From: Psammoneis japonica
Taxonomy: Eukaryota
Assembly (NCBI GenBank): GCA_008632985.1
Contig: QPGO01000257.1
Coordinates: 62,001-87,058 of the forward strand
DNA length: 25,058 nucleotides
Reading direction: 5' to 3'
The notes beneath the pieces were generated by a model, which did no database searches, had not been told where the DNA came from, and worked only from the letters and a program-made list of their open reading frames with translations. Shown one piece after another: positions 11,742-21,419 of this stretch. Numbering within the stretch: position 1 is the first letter of the stretch; each line of letters begins with the position of its first letter. A program made the translations under genes and the position numbers.

Positions 11742-12533
11742 TCATCTGTCTGAGGTTTGACTCTCTGTCAAACAGTTCACCAAAGTTTGTTGCTTCATCT
11801 GTGGCCTCTGGCTGGAAATCAATTGACAAAAGGTCATGATTGCCTGCACCCATTCCTGTTTCAGACAGTCTTGTCTTTGTTTCTCTGTCTTTGGGCAACA
11901 TTTTTCCCACAGTTGTTTGCAGACAAGCCAACTCCTTGTCCAGTTTCTCAACAAATGTTTCATCACCAATCTCTTGGTGGTGGCAAAAAGCCACTCGTTG
12001 TTGCCTCTGTGCAGCTCTTTGCACCTTTGGCATTTCTTGGCTTTTGGCACAGCACAGATGTCAGATTTGTGTGGGCAGCATGGGCAAAAGTGTTCAGCCA
12101 CCTCACAAGCTCCACCTTTGTGAAGGCCCTTTTGATGGGCAATGTGGTCACCAGTGTGTGATGGTTTCAGAGTTTCTGTGTCTTCATTCAAAGATTCCTC
12201 CCCACAGTCATTCATGAATTCATGGAAATCTTCAAACAGATTGAGTGTCTCATGGCTCTCCTGACCTGTCATCACTTGAAATGGGAAACAGCAGCAGCTG
12301 GATTGTGCTGTTGCTGCACTGCTTGTGACCACCAAGCTGGCAAGTTTGTCTGTTGGTTTGACACCTGCCATGATGTTCTTGTCACACTTGTTGAGTGTCA
12401 TGCTGTCAACAGCAGCACTCACTTTTCCACTCTTCTCCTGGCTGCTTTGTCCCACAGGCGGTGTGCTTTTGACAATGTGGCGAGTGTTGGGGTTGAACAT
12501 TGGCACGAGTGCTTTCCCGTCTTGTGCTGCCAC
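11742..12533 (-). pseudogene. Degenerate DDE transposase fragment with RAG1/Transib-like motif order
   Basis: QSSCCCFPFQVMTGQESHETL resembles RAG1 [22 protein letters not shown]. Downstream TGD..AHQKGL.KGG.....FCPCC resembles the second catalytic Asp plus CxxC region. The third catalytic region is not recognisable. Confidence 0.45.
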
Positions 12534-12949
12534 CTCAACTTTTTTTGCTGTGCCACACAGAGCTCAGGTCAATGGCATCACACCATGAAAATGCCTGGCA
12601 CCACCACTTTCCACTGACTGAAGAACCGCAACTCCTGAGTGTGACAGCTTTGATCCAGCAAGATCCATGGCTCTTAGAAGTTTAGAGGGTTTGAGTGCAT
12701 TCTCCCCAAACCATTTCCAAGGCCGCTTGACATGCTTCCACAGAAGTCATCTGAGAAAACAGTGCCCACCACTGTTGTGTTGGTCTTCTTCATGCTGACC
12801 TTGTTGCATTGGCAGTTTGACCACTCTTCTAAAAAGGTTCGCAGCTCTTCCTTTGTGTCCACTTCATTGCTTGATGCACCCTCATCTTCCTCAGATTCTT
12901 CCTCTTTTTTTTTTCTTCAATGTCGTCACCATCATCTTCTTTTTCTTCT

Positions 12950-13135
12950 AAAGAAAAAAAAAAACAAAAAACAAAAAACCAAACCCAATTTAAAGTGCTG
13001 TTGCACCTTTGCCCAGCAACGCTGGCTCCAGCCAACCCACACCTCCAGTGCACCCAGTGAGGGGTGCGGCAGAAGCGGACTTGATTGGCCTGAATCAGCA
13101 TCTCCCTGAGGAGATGCCCGATGGAAATGGTTGGT
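12950..13135 (-). mobile_element. 3'-terminal fragment of a LINE related to the element at 19420-20780
   Basis: The reverse complement aligns with ~20610-20780 (stem-loop, GGCCAAT, CTGCCGCACCC, GTGCACTGG, CAGCACT) and ends in a T-rich (TTTTTG) tail. Confidence 0.7.
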
Positions 13136-13184
13136 GCAGAGAGCACAATGACACTTGAAGTTTGCTGCAGCATTGCTGGTGACA

Positions 13185-13616
13185 TGCAGCATGCCTTGCT
13201 GCTGGACAACACGGCGAGACCGTGCACAAGCCTCTTGCCCGTGGCAATGCAGCATTGTCAACACGCACCTGGGAAGCATGACCACAGGAGGGCGTGGCTC
13301 CAGGTCTCAGGCAATTCCAGAAGGGTGCTAAGAGAGCATCCGTGTGAAGCACACCAGCCCGTCGTCTGGCCCATGATGGTGGCGTGATTCCACATGATGA
13401 CATCACTCGTGCACAGCGCGTGATGGCTTGATTCGCACGATCCACAATGCGAACGCACGATCGATTTGATGCGATCCAAATGCGAACGAACAGGGATTTG
13501 GCAAGATTCCCTGTTCACACGATCCCATTTTCTCTGCTCTAAACTAGCTCACAATTTTCACAACGACAAAGTCGCAACACATCTTCTTTTTCAGCGCCCA
13601 GCACACACACAGGGCA
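13185..13616 (+). repeat. 5' LTR (432 bp)
   Basis: TGCAG...GGGCA; about 90% identical to 18054-18486. Confidence 0.95.
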
Positions 13617-13677
13617 CAGTGATGTTGCTCCCGCATGTTGTGCGAGGCAACGAAATCTACAGAAACAAAACTACGAA

Positions 13678-14754
13678 ATGTTGGCAGGACCGACAAATCT
13701 TAAAACGACCATGAAGAAGCGGATTGAGCCGCCAATTCCGTTCGCACGGCCGGAGAAGAAAGAGCTGCAGCAGGGCGAGTGCCAGACGTTCAAGCTGCGT
13801 AACAACCCTGCTGATCCGGACAGTCCAACACACGAGATGGGCATTCCGCACCTTTCCACGGCTACATGCGAGACACTCCTGATCTTTCTGCGCAACGTAG
13901 ATCGCGTGCATGAAGGACAAAACATCACGACTGGGCCAGCGAAATTTGCCCTCATGCGTGACCCACTGCAAGGTGATGCTCTGACGTCATTTAACAATGC
14001 CGCTGACAAGCAGGCATCCCAAACCAACGCCACGCACGCAGCATGCGTCGCGAAGCTAAAGGAAAGCATCTTCCCACATGGGGCGGCACTGTTGCAGAAG
14101 CGTTGTCTGAGGCGCTTCATGCGCAAGCCCGCAGAGGTTTCTGCTCGTGACTGCGTCGCGAGGGCTGTTGAAATTAACGGCTGTGTCTCTCAGTTTCCAC
14201 CCGTGATGGAGGATGGAGAAGCACAGGCACCATCACCCAATGACAAACTGTGCGACATGTTCGAGTGCGGTGTGCCGAACGCATGGCAGAAATTCATGAC
14301 GCCACAGAATTTTGACCCGTTGGCGCATGCTGTCACCGAATTTGTGCAGTTCTGCGAGCGCATTGAGCAGGTCGAGCTTGCCGAAGGTAACCTGGACCAA
14401 CATGCCAAGGTTCCACGCAAGCGGGGACGTAGAACGGACAATCCTGAGTCGTTGATTACGACCCAACGGAACACCCAGAAGTCATGCATGCCACACGGGA
14501 CCAACTGTGGACATCATGCGGAGGATTGCCGTCAGCTCAAGCACCACACAAAACGTGTCAAGACTGGACATTCCAATGACGGAGGCAGCAAACCCAGTGC
14601 AAAACCCTGGAATGAGGAAGACATTGATGCTCTCATCAGATCGAAGGTCGAGGAGTTCTTTGCCAATGCTCAGAAAAAGCGCAAGGCACGCGAGGAGGAG
14701 CTCAATCACTTCCGCGACCTCAACTCAAGCGATTCCGAAGATTCGGGCACTTGA
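13678..14754 (+). pseudogene. gag: Gag (358 aa, open frame but hypermutated; contains no Tyr)
   Basis: It follows the 5' LTR and has a LRRFMRKP/EIN...FPP segment, a zinc-knuckle-like CMPHGTNCGHHAEDC and an acidic C-terminus. Confidence 0.85.
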
Positions 14755-17700
14755 GAAGGGGGCCCACACGACACAGGCAGCTTCAATGCATTGGACGAAT
14801 GCACAAATGAACAACTGAATTACCATCGTACACGTGTTGCAGGCCAATCCTGCAAACGAGTTAAAAAGACTCATCTTGCTCCAATCTTGTTCACAACTGT
14901 GAATGCCAAACATGGCAAGGGCAAGACTCAAACCATTAAGGCACTGCCAGATAGTGGCGCCAGCAGCACTCTACTCGACAGTCGACACTGCAAACGTCTG
15001 CGAAGCCATTCAACGGCTGAGACAAACTGGACTACGGTAGCAGGCTCGTTTAGTACGTCTAACGACTGTACCGTTAAATTTCGGTTACCAGAATTATCCG
15101 AAACTGCAGAACTTAAACATACCGTCCACGTACACAACGGAAAGTTGGGCAAGTACGATATGATTATTGGACGTGACATTCTGGAGACACAAGGCATTGA
15201 TATTGTCTTCTCTAAACAGATGATAGAGTGGCCATTAGTCAATGGAGAAGTACCAATGAGGCACGTAGATGCTACGGTAGAAACCTCCTTCTATCTTCAA
15301 GATCCAGAAGCCTTATCTTCGGAAACCAACCGGATTTCGCGTATTTTAGACGCTAAGTACGCGCCGGCCTGCCTTGAGGACATAACGCGATAGGCAATAG
15401 GATTTTTCTATAGTTCAATAAAACGACCTTTTGGCATTATTGAAACGCCATGAGTCCTTATTTGATGGGACATTAGGAGAATGGAAGGGAGAACCCTACC
15501 ATATCCAACTCAAGGAGGGTGTAGAACCATACCACGCTCGTCCGTATAAAGTACCTCGTGCGTACGAAGCTACGCTACGTAAAGAAGTAGAACGCCTAGT
15601 GCGCATCGGTGTTCTCAAACGCGTTAACCGATCCCAATGGGCAGCTCCATCATTTATCACACCGAAGAAAGATTTAACGGTGCGCTTTATTGATGATTTC
15701 AGAGAGCTGAATAAACGGATCAAGCGATTGCCTTGTCCGATTCCTCATGTCCAAGACATGCCACTTGAGCTCGAAGGCTTTGTGTGGGCCACATCGCTGG
15801 ACCCCAAATGTGGGCTGTCATCACATCCGATTGGATGCTGACAGCAAGAAGCTCTGCACGCTCATCTTCCCGTGGGGCAAGCATGAGATGCAGGCATTGC
15901 CCATGGGATTGTGCAACTCGCCAGACATTTTCCAAGAACGCATGTCAGGCTCATTTGAAGATCTGTCGTTCGTTCGAACGCACTTAGATGACCTTCTCGT
16001 CGTGACGAAAGGCACCCATGAAGATCACCTCAACAAACTTGAAGAAGTTTTGTTGAGGGTCCAGAAAGCAGGACTAAAAGTCAACGCAACTAAATCTCAC
16101 TTCTGTCAAACCCAATTAGAATGCTTGGGTTGTCCAGTTGACAGAGACGGAACACGACCAACACCTGATAAAGTCGACGCCATTGAGCGAATCGCGACCC
16201 CAGCCAATGAACGCGACCTGCGCTCATTTGTTGGCATGGTGAACTGCCACCGTGACATGTGGACCAGACGTTCTGAAGTCTTGGCTCTGCCAACACGACT
16301 CGTGAGCGAGACTGTTGAGTGGAAGTGGACGTCCGTTGAAGACGAGGCGTTCGAAACCGTTGAACGGGTGACATCGGATGATGTTTTGTTGTCACATCCT
16401 GATTTTAACAAACCCTTTGAGGTGCATGCCGATGCCTCTAAATGTCAATTGGGAGCAGTTGCATCCCAAGACAATAAACCCATCGCCTTTTACACCAGAA
16501 AGCTTGGTGGTGCACAATTAAATTGCACAACAACGGAGAGAGAATCGCTCGCCATTGTGGAGACGTTGAAAGAATTTCGAATGATTCTCCTTGGTCATCG
16601 TGCAATTGCACACTGATCATAAAAATCTTGTGCACAAAGCATTCAATGCTGAGCGCGTCATGCGCTGGCGGCCAACATGTGAAGAATGCGGTCCCGAATT
16701 ACGCTGTGTTGAGGGTGCCCACAACCCAGTCGCTGATGCTCTTAGTCGCCTTCGGCTGGCACCCAGCTTGCCTTCCGAGGCCAATCCGGATGTAAAAGAC
16801 ACTCCATCGAGTCGTCCTTTGCATGAAGCTTTTAATGCAGACGTGCAAGATGAGCTGTCTCTGCCTGTTGGCTTCAAGCGCATTCAAAAAGCACAACAAA
16901 AGGACAAGCGCCCACTCTCATCAGCCAAGGACTCGTCCGACCACTCCATTCGCGCGCATCGTGGGGGAGGGTCATCACGACAGTTAATCTGTCACAAGGA
17001 CAAAATCACAGCACCACAGTCATTGCATTGTTCCGCTAACTGAATGGTGCCACAAGACACTGTGTCATCCAGGTGAGACACGCACGGAAATGTCTGTTGC
17101 CCAGCACTTCCATTGGCCTGGCATGAGGTCTACGGTGCATTCTACGTGCGTCAAGTGCGATCGATGCCAGAAGACAAAATGCCGAACGCAGCATTGTGGG
17201 AAGCTGCCAGAAAAGGTCGCAGAGATGATTCCATGGGAGACTCCATGCACAGATGTGATGGGGCCACATAAAATTCAAAGACGCGGAAAGGACACTTTGC
17301 AATTGTGGGCAGTCACAATGATTGACCCAGCAACCGGGTGGTTTGAGATTAAAGAAGTGTCTGCGAAACGCGCAGACGTCGCAGCAAACGTCGTGGAACA
17401 AACATGGCCATGCAGATGTCCGTGGCCAACCCAGGTGGTTCATGACCGTGGGACAGAATTCATGGCAGAATTTAGCCAGATGATTAAAAATGACTGTGGG
17501 ATTTTGAAGAAACCCATGAGCAAACGGAATCCACAAGCGAGTGCCATGGTGGAACGTGCACACCAGACACTTGGCAACATGGTGTGTTCCTTTTCAGCAC
17601 AGGATGTGGAGCTGGACGAAGATGACCCATGGAGTGGCATCCTCTCCGCAGTGGCCTTCGCTGTTAGAGCTGCGGCACATGCGACCACGCATGCAAGTCC

Positions 17701-18013
17701 CATGCAATTGGTCTTCAGACGTGATGCGGTTTCATCTGTTGCTCATCGTGCCAAGTGGAAGCACATAGAAACCAGAAAGCAGAAGCTTGTCCACTTGAAC
17801 AACAAACGTGAAAATCAGAAACGCAAGGAGTGTCAACATGCTGCAGGGCAATTGGCACTTGTCAAACAGGAACAATCCTCGAAATGCGGTTCTGACAGCC
17901 ATGCAGGACCCGCCAGAATTGTCCGCGTGTGTGACAACGGCACGTTGCGTGTCCAGAACGGAGCGCTGACAGACACGTGCAATCTACGGCAGATTGCACC
18001 CCATCACCAGTGA
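14755..18013 (+). pseudogene. pol: Pol: aspartic protease, reverse transcriptase, RNase H, integrase; broken by stops and frameshifts (~15391-15421, ~15802, ~16600, ~17035)
   Basis: PR: ALPDSGAS and DMIIGRD. RT: WAAPSF, DFRELNK, LPMGL, HLDDLLV. RH: ADAS..QLGAV, TTTERE, TDHKNL, NPVADALSRL. INT: H..LCHPG..C..C, then D(VMGP), D(RGTEF), E(RAHQTL). No chromodomain. Confidence 0.95.
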
Positions 18014-18043
18014 GACATCCTGTCACTTGACGGCCCTGATCAT

Positions 18044-18051
18044 GGGGGGAG
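18044..18051 (+). other. Polypurine tract
   Basis: GGGGGGAG ending 2 nt upstream of the 3' LTR. Confidence 0.8.
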
Positions 18052-18053
18052 TG

Positions 18054-18486
18054 TGCAGTGTGCCTCGCCACTGGACAACACGGCGAGACTGTGCATGAGC
18101 CTCTTGTGCGTGGCAACACAGTGTTGTCAACACGTGCCTGGGAAGCACGACCACAGGAGGGCGTGGCTCTGGGTCTCAGGCAGTTCCAGAAGGATGCCAA
18201 GAGAGCATCCGTGTGAAGCACACTGGCCCGTCGTCTGGCCCACGATGGCAGCGTGATTCCACACGATGACATCACTCGTGCATGGCGCATGATGGCTTGA
18301 TTCGCACGATCCACAATGCGAATGCACGGTCGATTTGATGCGATCCAAATGCAAACGAACAGGGATTTGGCAAGATTCCCCATTCACATGATCCCATTTT
18401 CTCTGCTCTAAACCCAGCTCACAATTTTCACAACGACAAAGTCGCAACACATCTTCTTTTTCAGCGCCCAGCACATGCATGGGGCA
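18054..18486 (+). repeat. 3' LTR (433 bp)
   Basis: TGCAG...GGGCA followed by TSD GACA. Confidence 0.95.
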
Positions 18487-19419
18487 GACACACACGTTGG
18501 TTGCACCACCACCACAGAGGACAGCTGCATTTGGGAAAAATTCACACAAGAGCCACAAAGGGAGCCAAAAGGAAGACAAAGGAAGAGCGCCAAACCACTG
18601 GCTGTCCCTCATCAAGTGGGAAACCTCATTCAAACCTTGAAGAAATGAAACAATGAAAGATCACTGCATGCAACCGAGAGCTTGATTTGCCAGTGAGAGA
18701 GGGAGAGTTTGCCCAGAACTGGGAGACAAGAAATGGGAGTGCTTGATGATTCGATGAGTCGGTCATCAGGAAAGACATTTTTCACACATGGAAGCTGCAC
18801 CGGATCTTGCACAGAAATGCCGTTGTGCACAGCAAATGGATGGAAATCACTTGTTGCCGAAGGGAGGCTCATGCTCACACTCGTCAGCATCACAGCAGAA
18901 GCAGCGCTTTCACCACACAAGCAGCGAAGGACTTGATTGGCTGATGGGGACAAAGAGAGTCATTGGAAATGGAAGAGCACTGGCGTGAGAAGCTTGGAGA
19001 CTTGACGAAATCTGTGTAGAAAATTTCTTGGATCTGGAGAAAATGATGAAAAGAGTCAACATGCATGCGACCCATGAGGAGTCAATGCCAGTTGTTTTCC
19101 ACTTGGCAACATTGCTTGGCATGCTGAAATGAAGGCACGCCATTGACAGAAAGGGCCAGCATGGTCGTGGGAGACCCAGCAAAAACTGCCGTCTGAGAAG
19201 GGTGACATCAGTGTGAGAGCGCACGCAGAAACACACACAGGGTTTCTTGGTGGGTGGCTGCCGCAGAATTGTTCTTTTTCTTCTAAAGATTCTTCATTGT
19301 TGTCATCTTGTTGGCTTGCCTCTGCCACCATCTTTCCTTCCAGAGCCTCCTTCTCTTTTTTGGGCCACCCTTGTTTTTGCGGTTCATTGCTGCAGCAGCT
19401 TTGCGGTGGTGGGTCATCA

Positions 19420-20780
19420 CATCTGATTTGTGGCGGCATGTCATCCATGAGATCTTTGCTTCATTGACAAGCTTGGAGGCCCAACATGACGGACACCCTG
19501 CAAGCAATGTTGTCGACATGAAGTGGATTAAAAGCCATCAGGATGACAACACTCCTTTTGAGTCCCTCCCATTTCCAGCAAAATTGAATGTCAGAGCTGA
19601 CAGATTGGCAGGTCTGCTTCAGGGTCAATGCACTGGAGATGCCTCAATGGCCCCCCACATGCCCCATTGCTCTGCATTGCCAAACGTCCAGCCGGCATCA
19701 GTGAACTCGAAGTTTAAATCAGTTCTCCATTGCAAAGCTTCCAGCACAGCCCTGATGCAACACATGAAGGAGAAGTGCAGATGGTCTGACTCAGTGCGCG
19801 AATCTGTTGATTGGAGAGTGCATTCCAAACTGATGTCTTGCAACATCCGACGAAAGGTGAGCACCGTGAAATTGGTCCAAGATTTGCTGCTGACGAACAA
19901 GATTATCCACAGACATGATCCCACACGCCCCGACTGCTGCATGCATTGCCAACACCCCCTTGAAGATGGGGATCACATTCTGCGTTGCGCTCACAATGAA
20001 TCATGGCGGTGCACGTTTCTCCAAGGATTGCGGAAGAAATGTGATGACATGCATGCACCCCTGTCTGTGCGAGACCTGTTGTCACATGCCTTGGAAGGTT
20101 GGTTCAACAAGGAATTGCTTTGTTCTGCCCACGTCCATCACAGCATCACAGAGTTGTTTCGATCTCAAGACGACATCGGTTGGCGTCACATTTTCAGCAG
20201 GTGTGTTTCTTCATTGTGGAACAAGTCACAAATGCCACACTTGGTGTCCTCTGGCTTGTGTTGCTCCTTGTCCGATAAAGACAAAAGATTAGACTGGGCG
20301 GCAACAATTGGCAGTTGCGTGTGGTCACAATGGCGGGAATTGTGGGACTCCCACAATGACGCAGTGCACGGACATGATTCCGAGACGAGAAAGTCTTTGC
20401 AACGATGGGGTGCAGAGGCGGAGGTTAAAGAAATTTGCTCAAGGGCAGACGAGCACTTGGCCCGTGACTGAGCAGAGTTGTTTGATTCAGCAGATGAACA
20501 TCTCACCCATTCCACCCACAGACTCCGAAATTGGCTCGCCGCGGCAAAGCCAATGTTCAAGTCGAGCATCCGAGAGGCCCGGCGTCCAGCTGTCAGAGGC
20601 ACGCACACCATTGCAAGCTGCTTTGGTGTGGCATCACCCGAGGGTGATGCCGATCTTGGCCAATTGTTGCATGCTCCTGCCGCACCCAGTGCACTGGGAG
20701 TGTGGGCTGGCTTGTTGCCGGAGTTGCAGGGTGGAAGCGTGGCAGCACTCAAAGTTGGATTTTGGGTTTTGTTTTGATTT
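19420..20780 (+). mobile_element. 5'-truncated non-LTR retrotransposon (LINE with RNase H and C-terminal CCHC; diatom Ambal-like type)
   Basis: RNase H C-terminal motif WIKSHQDD...AKLNVRADRLA, zinc knuckle CMHC..LEDGDHILRC, Q..IGW and W..HN..VHG. There is an internal TGA at 20469; the ORF ends near TIASCF, followed by a 3' UTR and T-rich tail. No Tyr in the 387-aa ORF. Confidence 0.8.
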
Positions 20781-21360
20781 GTGGTGGCATGCTTGATGCT
20801 TCATCTCCAGCTTCTGTGTGGGGCCAATCAACAATGTGTGGTTGACTTCATGCTGACACCTCACACTGCTGCACTTTGCCTTGCCACCAAGGAGATGCTT
20901 CTCCTTGTCCCACAGGTCACAGTTGTGGCACAGAACATGTGGGCAATCTCAAAATGCAGTGCACCTGTTGATGCCACAGTTGCAGCAAGCAACAACAGCA
21001 CATCCCCTTCTTTGAAGCATGCAGCTGGTGGATGGCCATGTGTGAGAACTCTGGCTTGGCTTGGCTGCTCTGCTCTTGCCCTTGAGACCGTTGGGGAGCT
21101 GGGGGGTGGCTGAGCCAGAATGTCCAGCAATTCTTCCAGCAAGCCTCTTGCTGGCATGCAGTGCAGCCAGAGCCATTGTGCTCATCTCATGTCTCTTCTG
21201 CATCGGCATGTTCCGCATCTCGTCTGCTCTTTTTGGAAACTGGGCTGGCAATTTCTGCAGGTTCCCACGCAGGAGGATGCACTGAGAATGTTGACGTCCC
21301 CAACCCAAATCAGAACACCGTCTTAGCCAGTTCTGTTTCGGTGAAAAACGGACTTGACTC

Positions 21361-21419
21361 TTAACTGATCAGGTGCATTTTTTGTCAACACATTTGCAGC
21401 AATGCGCCTGATCAGATAA
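21361..21419. repeat. 19-bp imperfect inverted repeat with 21-nt spacer
   Basis: TTAACTGATCAGGTGCATT vs the reverse complement of AATGCGCCTGATCAGATAA (17/19). Confidence 0.75.

Larger units (their letters stand above)
13185..18486 (+). mobile_element. Full-length Ty3/Gypsy LTR retrotransposon, inactivated
   Basis: TG...CA LTRs, 4-bp TSD GACA (13181-13184, 18487-18490), domain order gag-PR-RT-RH-INT, and a polypurine tract before the 3' LTR. Confidence 0.97.
4020..21360. other. TpA-depleted (hypermutated) repeat domain, with two spared islands (8026-8421 and ~14810-15720)
   Basis: TA is nearly absent: about 16 in 8422-13180 by eye, where a few hundred are expected from base composition. CA and TG are abundant. 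Flanking DNA has normal TA content. Confidence 0.95.

Noticed and set aside
13678..18013. Alternative genetic code or RNA editing that would restore Tyr from His/Cys codons
   Set aside because: Flanking genes and the spared island use TAY normally. Non-coding LTRs show the same changes, and pol also has frameshifts.
13185..18486. ADAR/APOBEC-type editing of the retrotransposon intermediate
   Set aside because: This would be strand-biased and largely shared by both LTRs. Here both strands are hit, the LTRs differ independently, and non-retro sequences are affected.
18491..18560. GIY-YIG-like motif (VCC...THVGCT) formed across the empty Gypsy insertion site
   Set aside because: It needs several assumed reversions and lacks the downstream conserved Arg/His/Glu. 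Open frames carry little information in TA-free DNA.
4100..21360. The dense set of overlapping 60-190 aa Cys/His/Met-rich ORFs in all six frames
   Set aside because: Loss of TA removes TAA and TAG stops, leaving only TGA, and enriches CA/TG codons. These ORFs are by-products, not small Cys-rich proteins.
4020..21360. Classical RIP or CpG deamination as the sole cause
   Set aside because: RIP creates TpA and CpG decay leaves it unchanged. Neither explains TA loss or Tyr>His/Cys. CpG decay is present only as a second layer.
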